A stretch of DNA of 63,990 nucleotides, filler included, from an uncultured Methanosarcinales archaeon (GCA_964409385.1; 7 parts of 5 records of this genome joined end to end with filler, not necessarily neighbours in it); one strand, 5' to 3'; shown: positions 1-11,897, counted from the whole stretch's first letter. Translations and numbers: made by a program. The notes: generated by a model from the sequence alone, not told the origin.

Positions 1-22
1 GAAACATCCATTCCTTTACTGT

Positions 23-241
23 TCATCTTACAATCTCGTATTCCCTGACTAATAAGTAAATAAATAGTACTAGAACAACCGCACCCAATAACATTGTAAA
101 GAATCCATAACCTAGGGCATCAGTTCTTGTCATTATTTGATAAAGGCCAATGGCCATAATACCAAATCCCAACCAAAGAAACTTATCCAGTACTAATTTT
201 AAAATTTCAAACTCTTCCTGTCTTGAAAGTCTTTTTTTCAT
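23..241 (-). CDS. Small two-TM membrane protein, hypothetical
   Basis: 72 aa with two hydrophobic segments; start overlaps the stop of the upstream pilin-like gene. Confidence 0.7.
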   Translation of the reverse strand: MKKRLSRQEEFEILKLVLDKFLWLGFGIMAIGLYQIMTRTDALGYGFFTMLLGAVVLVLFIYLLVREYEIVR

Positions 242-732
242 CCTACTGTCATTAAAAACTCTATAGAGTGGAATTCTGTTGAATCAATTGTTCCACCATT
301 ACTATCTGCTTTTCCAACCTTGAAAGTGCAAATTTTAGTTCCTGAAGATGATGGTGCATCAAAGACTACAATCATTGATTCTGCAGTTCCTTCAGTTATT
401 CCTTTGAAACTTTCATCTTTAAAAGATATTGAACTACCACAATTAAGGTCTGCTGATGTATACTCCCAACTATTTGTAAACGAATTATAAACTGAAATCT
501 TCATTGCAACCTCTTCTCCTTTACTAACTGCAAAATCCCCTAATTTTGAAGTTCTTAATGGTTCAGCTGCAGAAGCTACAGGAGCATCTGGTTCTTTATC
601 ATAACCACTTAATTTATCTCTCAAGTCTGAAAACATTCCCTGAGTGAATCCTATTGCAAGGCCTAACACGACCAATGCCATTATTAGAACTACGATTGCG
701 TTTGTTGATAAGCTTAAATCTCCTCTCTTCAT
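238..732 (-). CDS. Type IV pilin-like secreted protein
   Basis: MKRG|DLSLSTNAIVVLIMALVVLGLAIGF resembles a class III signal peptide; beta-rich C-terminal domain with a Cys pair. Confidence 0.55.
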   Translation of the reverse strand: MKRGDLSLSTNAIVVLIMALVVLGLAIGFTQGMFSDLRDKLSGYDKEPDAPVASAAEPLRTSKLGDFAVSKGEEVAMKISVYNSFTNSWEYTSADLNCGSSISFKDESFKGITEGTAESMIVVFDAPSSSGTKICTFKVGKADSNGGTIDSTEFHSIEFLMTVG

Positions 733-771
733 AAAAACACCTCTTAACTACTTAGAAACTGAGCTTATTTC

Positions 772-1090
772 TTATTTAAAGGTTTCGGCTTCCTCTAGTT
801 TATTATTAACTATTCTAGTAACTGCTTCTAAAGGAGTAATATTCTCTTCATAACTTAAATCTAGAATTCTTGAAATCACATTCCCTCTTCCTCTTGCCAA
901 ATCCACCACATTATCCATTCTATGAAGAATATCTGGCAATTCCTGACGTGCATTAATTAAGCCAGCGCCATTCACCACATAATCTGGCAAGTATAAAATA
1001 TTCATGTAATGAAGTATTTCACTATCTTCAGAATTTTCTAGCTGATTATTTGCACTACCAGATATTAGTTTAATTCCATTATCTTTTAAA
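772..1090 (-). CDS. Glu/Leu/Phe/Val dehydrogenase, C-terminal fragment (5' truncated by contig end)
   Basis: Frame is open up to the gap and reads KLISGSANNQL...ILYLPDYVVNGAGLIN, matching the leucine/valine dehydrogenase C-terminal motifs. Confidence 0.8.
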
Positions 1091-1190
1091 NNNNNNNNNN
1101 NNNNNNNNNNNNNNNNNNNNNNNNNNNNNNNNNNTTAATTAATTAANNNNNNNNNNNNNNNNNNNNNNNNNNNNNNNNNNNNNNNNNNNN
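1091..1190. other. Artificial contig linker (N44-TTAATTAATTAA-N44)
   Basis: The same 100-nt spacer with stops in all frames recurs six times. Confidence 0.98.
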
Positions 1191-1236
1191 TTCATTTTAT
1201 TTCCTCCATTACCTTTAAAGGGTAATTATTTTGAAG

Positions 1237-1310
1237 GGCAATGCTCGGGATTCGAACCCGAACTAAAGGCGCCACAGGCCTTTGTGCTACCAGATTACAC
1301 CAACATCGCC
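1237..1310 (-). tRNA. tRNA-His(GUG), G-1 genomically encoded, CCA not encoded
   Basis: Cloverleaf GGCGATGT...AAGGC-CTGTGGC-GCCTT...GGTTCGAATCC...GCATTGCC; C73 discriminator. Confidence 0.93.
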
Positions 1311-1441
1311 ATGAATAGAAGTATCTGATATAAAATTGAAAATTTGTAAAACTAGATAGAATGTTGTTAGTGATGAATACAATCAACTCTCGTCATAAAG
1401 AATTAAAGAAAATAGTGTTTTATAAAGTTTATTGTTGATTA

Positions 1442-2020
1442 TCAGGAACCTTTTTGCTTGTATCTTCCTCTTTTTTCAACTTCTTCTAGTCTTTTCAGAA
1501 TCTCAATTCCATTATTAGAGTGTTTCTTGTAACTTTTAAGAAATTCTTTATAGCTATTCTCGTAAATAGTATGATGTTTGCTCTCTAGTGATTGCCTGAA
1601 TAAGTGCAGATCAACTGCTTTGTCTTCTTTTTTCCTAGAAAATAAGCTTAACCCAAAATCTATAAAATATACTGTTTTCCCATCATATATTATATTGCTT
1701 GTTGTTAAGTCTCCATGAAATATTCCTTTATTATGTAATTCTGCAATTTGTTTTCCTATTGTCTTTACAATTTCAGGATGGGTTTCTAAATTGTCAGATA
1801 ATTTAATTCCTGGGACTTTAGTCATTTCTATGATGTTTTTTTCAGAATTAATTAGTTTAGGACAAGGAATAGGACATTTAGTTAATACTGAAATTTCTCT
1901 TTTTGTTCTTTCTTTAATTAGTTTTTCATCTAATTGTTTTATTCTGTAAGATTTTGGAATTCTTTTTTTAATAACTATAGAACCAACGTCTACTATTGCT
2001 TCTGCGCCTTGAAATTGCAT
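1442..2020 (-). CDS. bud32: KEOPS complex kinase Bud32 (stand-alone)
   Basis: QGAEA, K.R..K.YR...LD, HGDLTTSN, IDFGL, DKAVDL and C-terminal RGRY motifs. Confidence 0.92.
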   Translation of the reverse strand: MQFQGAEAIVDVGSIVIKKRIPKSYRIKQLDEKLIKERTKREISVLTKCPIPCPKLINSEKNIIEMTKVPGIKLSDNLETHPEIVKTIGKQIAELHNKGIFHGDLTTSNIIYDGKTVYFIDFGLSLFSRKKEDKAVDLHLFRQSLESKHHTIYENSYKEFLKSYKKHSNNGIEILKRLEEVEKRGRYKQKGS

Positions 2021-2031
2021 AATTATTAGAA

Positions 2032-2736
2032 TTACTCGGAAGTTTTTATTTCTTCCTTTTTATTAATCGTTTTTTTAGTTGTTTCTTCTTCTTTAATTTC
2101 TTTTTCTTCTTTCTTAACTTCTTCAACTGTTTCTACTTTCTCTTCTAAAACTTCTTCTTTTCCTGATTTTTCTATTTTTGCAAGTCTTATTTCAAAGTTT
2201 CTTAAAGGAAATGTTTTTGTTAGTTTCGATCTTAATTTTTTTTGTAATTCTCCTTTTACTAAAGAGTCGAAGAAAGTAGTATAATTTATTTTTTTGAGTT
2301 CTTCTCTAATTAGTTCTTTCATTTTTCTTCTTAAATTTTGTACTACTCCTTTAGGAGCTCTATTACTTGTTAGAACGAAAGGCTTGATTCTTATTTTAAA
2401 TCCATCTTTGCTTGTGTAAATGCTAGAATCATCAATTCTTGTTCTTCCACTTCTAACAGCTCTTTTTATTAGAGAATTAGACATTGAATAAGCGACAATT
2501 TTTGTTTGTCCTGTAGAATTACTAACTTTGTTAATTTCGAATGTTAAGTGAACATTTTGTTTTCTCATATTATTAACTAGATTCATCAAACTAATTTTCA
2601 CTCTCTTTCCAATTAGTTCAGATTCGTCATGAACAAAACTTTCTCCTAAATGATTTTCATTATATAGTTTTGGAGCTAGAATAGGAAGCCATCTTTTTTT
2701 TTTTCTTTTAAGTTTTGGAATAATTCTTTTTACCAT
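2032..2736 (-). CDS. rps3ae: 30S ribosomal protein S3Ae
   Basis: KKKRW..I.AP..Y, R...RIDDS, FPLRNFEIR; acidic/Lys C-terminal tail. Confidence 0.85.
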   Translation of the reverse strand: MVKRIIPKLKRKKKRWLPILAPKLYNENHLGESFVHDESELIGKRVKISLMNLVNNMRKQNVHLTFEINKVSNSTGQTKIVAYSMSNSLIKRAVRSGRTRIDDSSIYTSKDGFKIRIKPFVLTSNRAPKGVVQNLRRKMKELIREELKKINYTTFFDSLVKGELQKKLRSKLTKTFPLRNFEIRLAKIEKSGKEEVLEEKVETVEEVKKEEKEIKEEETTKKTINKKEEIKTSE

Positions 2737-2774
2737 TACTGGCTGAGAAAAAAGATTTGTTTATAAAGATTGCT

Positions 2775-4760
<1,986 letters not shown>

Positions 4761-4787
4761 TTAAAGAAATAAGTTTATTTTGTTTAT

Positions 4788-5210
4788 ATGAAAGATTCTG
4801 ATATTAGAGTATTAAATATTTTGAGGGATGATTCTAGAACTTCATTTACTAGACTTTCAAGAAGTTTGAAGATTCCTGTCACTACTTTATTCACAAGATT
4901 TCAAAATTTAGATGTTATTGTGGGTTTTAAGTCTTTACTTGATTTTAAGAAGCTTGGTTATTTTCTTAATGTGTTGTTTGTTGTGAATTTTGATGAAAAG
5001 ATTCTTGAGTTTCTTAAAAAATCTGATAAAGTTAATACATTGCAGGTTTGTGGAGTTGATAGAAGAATATTCGCTAATTGTATTTTCAAATCCTTTTCTG
5101 GTTTTAAAGAGTTTGAGAGAGAAATAATTAAGTTAAACTTTGATGTGATTTTTTCGCATCATTTCCTTGAACCTGTTTCTTTAGAGAGTTTTAAAATAAA
5201 AGAAAAATAA
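4788..5210 (+). CDS. Lrp/AsnC family transcriptional regulator
   Basis: N-terminal D..IL..L..DSR.S...LS..L.IP..T HTH; LDF.KLGY linker. Confidence 0.8.
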   Translation: MKDSDIRVLNILRDDSRTSFTRLSRSLKIPVTTLFTRFQNLDVIVGFKSLLDFKKLGYFLNVLFVVNFDEKILEFLKKSDKVNTLQVCGVDRRIFANCIFKSFSGFKEFEREIIKLNFDVIFSHHFLEPVSLESFKIKEK

Positions 5211-5220
5211 AAAAATAAAA

Positions 5221-5328
5221 TTATGCTTCTTCTAAAAATCCTCTCATGAATGCTTCTTCTTCAGGACTTATTGCGTCGCTGTCAAGTTCTTCTTCTATGT
5301 ATTCTTCGGTGTAAAAATATTCATACAT
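5221..5328 (-). CDS. 35-aa acidic peptide (missed by the ORF track)
   Basis: MYEYFYTEEYIEEELDSDAISPEEEAFMRGFLEEA*; strong SD GGGGGTGA 7 nt upstream of ATG. Confidence 0.7.
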   Translation of the reverse strand: MYEYFYTEEYIEEELDSDAISPEEEAFMRGFLEEA

Positions 5329-5431
5329 TCTTTTGTCACCCCCAACAGTTATAATTCTGGTGAAGTGAGTATATATAATTAACCTATATATATTATATTT
5401 TGTATAGTTAGTATATATTTTTTCGTGGATT

Positions 5432-5449
5432 TTCCGAAAGGTTTATATT
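5432..5449 (+). promoter_or_regulatory. BRE-TATA promoter of the AbrB-PhoU gene
   Basis: TTCCGAAAGGTTTATATT 23 nt upstream of ATG 5473. Confidence 0.65.
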
Positions 5450-5472
5450 CAGCCAATCTAAATTAATACAGT

Positions 5473-6499
5473 ATGGATTATAGAAAATTAGTAAAATTTG
5501 GGAACTCCTCTTTTGTGATTTCACTACCTAAAGAATGGTTAGTTAAGAATAAACTAGGCAAAGGAAGCATAATATATGTAGAACAACAACCAAGAGAATT
5601 AAGAATATTCACTGAGGAAATTCCAACTGAAGAAAAAAGAGAAATAACTATAGGAACAAGTAATAAAAACATTGGACAAATAAGAAAAGAAATAATTGCT
5701 GCTTATTTAAATAACTATTCCACAATGAATATTGTAGGCTCTTCTCTAAAAGATAATTTGCAAGAAATTAGAGATATAATTCACGGACTAGTAGCTGTGG
5801 AAGCAGTAGAACAATCAGCGGATAGAATAATTGCAGAAGATTTCTTAGATATGGCACAACGCTACTTCTCTGACGCAAAACATTTNNNNNNNNNNGAAAA
5901 CACAATCTATAGATTCATTAATCCAAAGAATGGATGTCACATTAAGAGCAATGTTCACAGAATTCAGGGACGGAATGACAATAAAAGGTTCAAAAACTCT
6001 GGAGCAAAGAGATAAGGACGTTAACAGACTTTATTTTTTATCAATAAAAGTATTGAGATATTTTTTAGATAATCCTAATAAAGATACATCTGGAATTCCA
6101 AATTCTAGACTAGCTTCAAAATGGTGGGTTGTAACTTTCATGGAGAATATAGGAGATGATATTAAAAATTTAGGAAGCACACTTTCAAAATTACGAAGCA
6201 CGGGAGAAGAAGGAAAAATAAAAGATAAATTCACAAAATTAATAGAAAGCATATACGATTTTTACCTTAAAACAATGAAATTTGGTTACAAGAATGATGC
6301 AGCATCAGCATACAAATTATCTGATAATAAAAACGCATTAAAAAAAGACGTTATTCTATTAACTAACGAAATAAAAAAATATAATATAAGCAAGGAAAAA
6401 ATAACTTCTGACTATTTAGCAGTTGGTTCATTAACTGAAATGTCTAATTCATTAATAGAAAATGTATATAGTATTCTAAAAATGGTTTTCAATCTTTAA
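5473..6499 (+). CDS. AbrB/SpoVT-PhoU domain phosphate-uptake regulator-like protein (one gene split by a 10-N gap)
   Basis: N-terminal RKLVKFGNSSFVISLPKEW (AbrB type); after the gap RMD...AMF...RDKDVNRLYFL...ENIGD (PhoU-like helices). Confidence 0.75.
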
Positions 6500-7561
6500 T
6501 TTTTCAATTTTTATTGTCCCGTCAGAAGAAGTTAACTGAATAGTATCAGAATCTTTAATTTTTGACATTTTAGTAATAATTTCAGGAATTAATATTCTTT
6601 CTCCTCTAAAATCAACATTAGTTATTAATTCTTTAGTATTGTTAACATCTATATCCTGCATTAATTCCTTGCTTTCCTGTTTTTTCTTAGATTCTTTCTT
6701 CTTTACTGTCTGTTCATACAGATATTTTGCAATCCTATCAGGAATATCAGCATCCGAAACAGTACTAATACCTTGAAGTCCAGGACTCAAATTAACTTCT
6801 AAAACTACAGCTCCTTTATGACTTTCTAATATGTCAACACCACAAATTTCTGCTCCTGTTGATTTTGCAGCTTTTATAGCAATTCTTTTTGCTTGTTCAT
6901 CCAAAATTACTGCTTCTGCCTTCCCTCCAGCATGAATATTAGCCCTATCTTCATTAACACCACTTTTTCTCTTCATGGAAGAAACAACTTTTTCTCCAAC
7001 AACTAAAGCTCTAATATCAGAACCGTCAGTATCAATAAATTCTTGTAATAAGAATGGTTGTTTTAATGCTGATAATGCATCTAAAATAGAACTTGCAGAA
7101 GAATAACTCTCTGCAAACATAACTCCTTTTCCTTGAGTTCCCTTTGGAAATTTCATGACTATAGGATAGTTCATTTTCTCAAGATTTTTCTTTGCTGCTT
7201 CAATAGTAGATGCTAAATAAGTTTTTGGCATGGGTATATTGTACTTTTGTAATTCCATTTGTGTAAGTAGTTTATCATGACCCAGAGTGAAAGATTCTGG
7301 AGTTAAGGGCATATAAGTTTTTTTGTAAAGTCTTGCAGTAATATTTGCAAGAATTGAAGAATATCTAAAAGATCCTTTAGCATAGATGCAATCATAATTT
7401 TTTAAAGAATTTCCCTCATAAAGTATTTCTGCCTTATCTCCAGAAAAATTAACTTCGAACAGTCTTAAATCTAGAAGATCAACAGTCTCAAAATATTTCT
7501 TCATAGCTTCGTAAGTCCATAAACTACTTTTACTTCCAAGACTAATCAGTGCTGCTTTCAT
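6476..7561 (-). CDS. rimK: RimK family ATP-grasp alpha-L-glutamate ligase with C-terminal extension
   Basis: DKLLT, P.V.K...GTQGKGVM, LQEFI...DIRALVVG, RANIHAGG, GVDILES, LEVN.SPGLQGI. Confidence 0.88.
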   Translation of the reverse strand: MKAALISLGSKSSLWTYEAMKKYFETVDLLDLRLFEVNFSGDKAEILYEGNSLKNYDCIYAKGSFRYSSILANITARLYKKTYMPLTPESFTLGHDKLLTQMELQKYNIPMPKTYLASTIEAAKKNLEKMNYPIVMKFPKGTQGKGVMFAESYSSASSILDALSALKQPFLLQEFIDTDGSDIRALVVGEKVVSSMKRKSGVNEDRANIHAGGKAEAVILDEQAKRIAIKAAKSTGAEICGVDILESHKGAVVLEVNLSPGLQGISTVSDADIPDRIAKYLYEQTVKKKESKKKQESKELMQDIDVNNTKELITNVDFRGERILIPEIITKMSKIKDSDTIQLTSSDGTIKIEKLKIENHF

Positions 7562-7911
7562 TCTTCACCATTTTCACTAATACTACAATCAATTAAAAAT
7601 CCGTTTTTTAGAATATTCTGACCAATAAGCATTTTGTATTTCATATGGCTTCTGTCTGTTATTGTGAATTGTGTTTCTATCTCTTGATTATGAATTCTTA
7701 CTTTAGCAGTAATTACAGGTCTTAATTCTGAACCTGAAGCACTTTTAATAATTTTAGAATCAATTACTGGTCCAAGCTTCATTTCAGCAGCAAGACTTAC
7801 ATCAATACTGCTCTTATTAGCTCCAGAGTCAATTCTTGCCAAAACTTTTTTTTCACTATGAGTGTTAACTAGTGTTACTTCTTCGTCAAGACCCAAAATT
7901 GTTTTTTTCAT
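7558..7911 (-). CDS. RimK-associated retropepsin-like peptidase (RimB / putative ATP-dependent Zn protease family)
   Basis: ARIDSGA..SSID, R.V, F.ITDRSHM.Y..LIG.N.L; overlaps the rimK start. Confidence 0.8.
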   Translation of the reverse strand: MKKTILGLDEEVTLVNTHSEKKVLARIDSGANKSSIDVSLAAEMKLGPVIDSKIIKSASGSELRPVITAKVRIHNQEIETQFTITDRSHMKYKMLIGQNILKNGFLIDCSISENGEE

Positions 7912-7939
7912 TAGAACTTGTGAATTATATAATGTTTTA

Positions 7940-9406
7940 TTATTCTTTCGGCTTCATTGTAGGAAAGAATATAACATCTCTAATTGAAGAACTATTAGTA
8001 AGAATCATTATTATTCTATCAACACCAATACCAACCCCTCCAGTAGGAGGAAATCCATATTCTATGCTTTCAACAAAATCTTCATCCATTGGATGGTGCT
8101 CTTCATCTCCAGCCCTACCTCTTTTTTCTTGTTCTTCTAAATATTCTTTTTGAGATATAGGATCATTTAGTTCAGTGTATGCATTTCCTATCTCCATTCC
8201 CGCAATATAAGGTTCGAATCTTTCAATATATTCTTTATTGCCATCCCTCATTGTTTTACATAAAGGAGTTGTTTCTACAGGATGATCAATAACAAAAGTT
8301 GGTTGTATAAAGTGTTTTTCACAAACTTCTTCGAATAAAGTAGCTATTAGTAATCCTTTGTTTAAACCTTTTTCATATTCTATCTTTCTTTTTTTTAATT
8401 CATTTATAACATCTTTTTTTAACATTTTAGTAACATCTATTTTTCCGTATTTCTTAAGGGCATCATTCATTGTTATTTTTATCCAAGGAGTTTTCAAATT
8501 TATTTTATGTCCTTGAAATTCTACTTTTGTAGTTCCTAACACTTTCTTTGCTACTGAAGAGATCATGTTTTCGAAATGTTTCATTCCAGTATTATAATCT
8601 CCATAAGCCTCATAAAATTCTACCTGGGTGAATTCAGGATTGTGCGAAGTATCAATACCTTCATTCCTAAAGTCTTTAACAAACTCGTAAACTTTCTCAA
8701 ATCCTCCAACCAAGAGTCTTTTCAAATATAATTCGTTAGATATTCTTAAATATAACCTCATATCAAGAGAATTGTGGTGTGTTATGAATGGTTTGGCATT
8801 CGCACCTCCATATATTGGTTGTAATGTTGGAGTTTCAACTTCAATAAACCCTTGATTATCTAAGTATTGTCGCATTGCAGTTATTATTTTTGATCGTATC
8901 TTAAAAGTTTCTGAAATTTCAGGATTCATTATTAAATCAAGATATCTTTTTCTATATCTTAATTCTGTATCTTTAAGTCCATGATACTTTTCAGGTAATG
9001 GGTTTATGCTTTTTGATAACATTTCAAACTTGGAAACTTTAATTGTTATTTCCATTTTTTGAGTTCTGAAAACATGTCCTGTAACGCCTATGAAATCTCC
9101 TATGTCAAAAAGTTTTAGTAATTGATATTTTTTCTTTAAAGCATCTTCTCTGAAGTAAATTTGTGTTGTTTCATCCTGATCTCTTATGGTTGCAAATGTG
9201 GCCTTGCCCATTCTTCTAAGAGTCATTATTCTACCCGCAGTTTGAACTTTTGCTTTTGAAAATTCTCCTTTTTTTAATTTTTTGAAGGTTTTCTTAATAT
9301 AAGTACAAGAATGTTTTTTATTATAGAAATTAGGATAAGGATTTATTCCTTGTTTTCTTAATTCTACTAGTTTTTTCAGTCTTTCCTTAACAAGTTCATT
9401 ACTCAT
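7940..9406 (-). CDS. lysS: Lysyl-tRNA synthetase, class II
   Basis: OB-fold N-terminus, RYRKRYLDL, GGANAKPF.THHN, FRNEGID.SHNPEFT, PPTGG.GIGVDR. Confidence 0.95.
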   Translation of the reverse strand: MSNELVKERLKKLVELRKQGINPYPNFYNKKHSCTYIKKTFKKLKKGEFSKAKVQTAGRIMTLRRMGKATFATIRDQDETTQIYFREDALKKKYQLLKLFDIGDFIGVTGHVFRTQKMEITIKVSKFEMLSKSINPLPEKYHGLKDTELRYRKRYLDLIMNPEISETFKIRSKIITAMRQYLDNQGFIEVETPTLQPIYGGANAKPFITHHNSLDMRLYLRISNELYLKRLLVGGFEKVYEFVKDFRNEGIDTSHNPEFTQVEFYEAYGDYNTGMKHFENMISSVAKKVLGTTKVEFQGHKINLKTPWIKITMNDALKKYGKIDVTKMLKKDVINELKKRKIEYEKGLNKGLLIATLFEEVCEKHFIQPTFVIDHPVETTPLCKTMRDGNKEYIERFEPYIAGMEIGNAYTELNDPISQKEYLEEQEKRGRAGDEEHHPMDEDFVESIEYGFPPTGGVGIGVDRIIMILTNSSSIRDVIFFPTMKPKE

Positions 9407-9410
9407 TTTT

Positions 9411-9749
9411 TTAGTAAAGTTTCAAGTCTTTAATTATTTTATCTATTTCTTCGTTATTATCAGGACCTATTCCAATACAAGTTTTAGTTCCTGGACTTAC
9501 TACTGTTTTTCCAGCATCTGTTATTAATGATGTTTTTAAGCCTTGATCTTTCGCATCTTGTAATAATAATATTAAACTTTTTTCATTCTCTGTTTTCAAT
9601 ATTATTTTCGCCATTCCTTCATTATTCCAGTTTCTTACTTTATCCTTGTCAGAATTTAATACTGCCTGTACTGAAGCATGAGCTGCTTGAGCTGCAGCTT
9701 TGCCCTTTGGCAGTTTTAAATCCTGTCTTATTATTATAGCTTGCTTCAC
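9411..9749 (-). CDS. pth2: Peptidyl-tRNA hydrolase Pth2
   Basis: KQAIIIR.DL....GKAAAQAAHAS, DAGKT...PGT.TC.GIGP. Confidence 0.93.
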   Translation of the reverse strand: MKQAIIIRQDLKLPKGKAAAQAAHASVQAVLNSDKDKVRNWNNEGMAKIILKTENEKSLILLLQDAKDQGLKTSLITDAGKTVVSPGTKTCIGIGPDNNEEIDKIIKDLKLY

Positions 9750-9832
9750 ATTATTTAGCTTATGCTTGTTAGTTTAAATTATTTTCGAAACAAAACAAAA
9801 GATTTTAATAATGTTTTAGTATAGTTTCAGTT

Positions 9833-10321
9833 ATGAAAAAGAGGGGTTTTTTCTATGTTGTGGATGCTTTTGTAGCGGTTTCTATATTAATAGTAACTTT
9901 ATTGCTAATGTATAATACTTCATTAAATAAACCAGTAGAGGCTCAAACCTCAACATTATCTTTTGATTTTATGGAATTATTATCTGGAACTATAATTGCT
10001 GAAAGTTCTAGCACATATATTAATGAATTGAGAGATCAGGGTGTTATTAAACATACTGACCTTACATTATTAGAACAGGCTGTTGAGTTTTATAATTCTA
10101 ATCCTTCCTTAGCGATAGAGTTTTTGAATGGAACTTTTCAAGACATATTGCCTCCTCAGTATTCTGGAATTATTGAAATTGATGATTATGTTGTTTATTC
10201 ACAAATTAATAAGCCAGAGGATCAAGCAGATATTTTAATACCTGCAAAGAGGATTGTTTTTGGTGTTGACGATCCTCAAAATATTTATGTTTATACTGTA
10301 TTAATTAAGGTGTGGGAATGA
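9833..10321 (+). CDS. Pilin-like protein with class III-like signal peptide
   Basis: MKKRG|FFYVVDAFVAVSILIV; overlaps the next gene. Confidence 0.55.
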   Translation: MKKRGFFYVVDAFVAVSILIVTLLLMYNTSLNKPVEAQTSTLSFDFMELLSGTIIAESSSTYINELRDQGVIKHTDLTLLEQAVEFYNSNPSLAIEFLNGTFQDILPPQYSGIIEIDDYVVYSQINKPEDQADILIPAKRIVFGVDDPQNIYVYTVLIKVWE

Positions 10322-11268
10322 ATAAGAAAGGAGTATTTTTTACTATAATGGCAATTTTTGTGTCTGTAATGCTAGTAGCATTATTTTCTTCAGAGATTGA
10401 ATTTCCTGTTGATTCAGATGTTGAAATTAATACTTTAAGAATTAGTTTTTTCCATGATTTTAATAATGATTTGAGAAATTCTTATTTGGAAAGAGCATTG
10501 TATGTTAGTATGTATCATAGTCTTGATGATGCTGTTACATTTGTTAAGGATAACGATTTTCTTACTGAAGCTCAGTATAATTTATTCATTAATGATTGTT
10601 TGAAAGGTACTAGTTCAAATTGTGATGATGAGGCTTCATTTGCTTATTGGGCAGATATTATTAAAGATAAGGTTAGTGACGATTTTGGTATTAATTTTAC
10701 TTATTCAATTAATGGTGGTGTTTATATTAATGAAACAAAACCATTCTCTATTTTTGTTTCTATTCCTATAACGTATGAATTATCTGATGATTTTGTTAAT
10801 AGATTATGGGATTCTACAGTTATTGAAACAGAAGTTTCAATTACAGGATTGAAGGATCCTTTATTATTAAGGGAATTAGGTATTGAAAGAGAGATTTATA
10901 GAGATCCGGTTTTAGAATTGTCTATGGAGAACAATCCTGATCCTTATAATTATTTTATTAGTCATTATGATGATGAAACTTATGTAATGTCTGATTTTGG
11001 CCCTAGTTTTTTAATGAGACTTCAAGGATTAACAGATAGTTCTGATCAAGGGATTCAAACTTTATTAAAGAGAGGAACTGTAGTTCATTATAATAATAGG
11101 AGTTATGTTGATTATAAATATGTTAAAGGTATAGAATATGAATGTGTTGAGGATCAAAATTCAAAATTATATTCTGTAGGTAGCATAGTTGATTTTAGAA
11201 TGGGTTGGGTAGATACTACTTATAATTATAAATTAGGAAGTTCTGATATTGGTATTGCATGTGGATAA
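10318..11268 (+). CDS. Pilin-like/secreted protein with class III-like signal peptide
   Basis: MNKKG|VFFTIMAIFVSVMLV; acidic ectodomain. Confidence 0.55.
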   Translation: MNKKGVFFTIMAIFVSVMLVALFSSEIEFPVDSDVEINTLRISFFHDFNNDLRNSYLERALYVSMYHSLDDAVTFVKDNDFLTEAQYNLFINDCLKGTSSNCDDEASFAYWADIIKDKVSDDFGINFTYSINGGVYINETKPFSIFVSIPITYELSDDFVNRLWDSTVIETEVSITGLKDPLLLRELGIEREIYRDPVLELSMENNPDPYNYFISHYDDETYVMSDFGPSFLMRLQGLTDSSDQGIQTLLKRGTVVHYNNRSYVDYKYVKGIEYECVEDQNSKLYSVGSIVDFRMGWVDTTYNYKLGSSDIGIACG

Positions 11269-11299
11269 ATTTTTATAATATGTTTTCAAAGGTGTATTA

Positions 11300-11728
11300 A
11301 TGACGGATATAACAACAAGTGTTGACTCTTTAATTAAGTTAGTTAAAGAAAGAGAACATCTTCCATTAGCTGATGCTGCTAAGGAACTTAAGGTTAGCGA
11401 GGATACTATTCATGTATGGGTTGATTTTCTTGTTGAAGAGAAAATTCTTGGTTTAGACTATAAATTAACTACTCCGATAATATTCTATGTTGGTAAGGGT
11501 AAAGCGTTAGATCAACCTTTTAATGCAGCTGTACAGTTGAAAAAAGAATTTTTAACCACTTTAGATAAAAATTTGAGTCCTGAAGATAAAGAAAAGAAGT
11601 GGAGATCTTATGTTATTAATTTGTTAATGAAAAGTAAGAGTCATTTTTACAAGGAGGCACACATTAGGAATTTGCATAAAATTGCTGATTACGCATGGCA
11701 GGTTTTTGTCGTTAAATTTTTGAAATGA
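11300..11728 (+). CDS. Hypothetical protein with N-terminal winged-helix-like domain
   Basis: LADAAKELKVSEDTIHVWVDFLVEE HTH-like pattern. Confidence 0.55.
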   Translation: MTDITTSVDSLIKLVKEREHLPLADAAKELKVSEDTIHVWVDFLVEEKILGLDYKLTTPIIFYVGKGKALDQPFNAAVQLKKEFLTTLDKNLSPEDKEKKWRSYVINLLMKSKSHFYKEAHIRNLHKIADYAWQVFVVKFLK

Positions 11729-11797
11729 AAGAAGAGAAAGCTTTGGAACTGGTAAGGAATGAAATTTCTAATTTTTTAGATAATCAAATATCTTTTG

Positions 11798-11897
11798 NNN
11801 NNNNNNNNNNNNNNNNNNNNNNNNNNNNNNNNNNNNNNNNNTTAATTAATTAANNNNNNNNNNNNNNNNNNNNNNNNNNNNNNNNNNNNNNNNNNNN
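11798..11897. other. Artificial contig linker
   Basis: N-run with TTAATTAATTAA. Confidence 0.98.

Noticed and set aside
1091..1190. Recurrent TTAATTAATTAA palindrome within N-runs (six copies)
   Set aside because: Artificial all-frame-stop contig linker, not biological
1192..1386. ORFs overlapping tRNAs or repeats (1192..1386, 33279..33521, 37626..37832, 39527..39715)
   Set aside because: Explained by tRNA genes or tandem repeats; no protein-like features
5833..5895. Apparent frameshift or domain insertion in the PhoU-like gene (AEDFLDMAQRYFSDAKHF)
   Set aside because: Adjacent to a 10-N gap; the peptide resembles DUF357-type proteins and is probably mis-joined through a shared AEDFLD-coding stretch, so likely an assembly chimera
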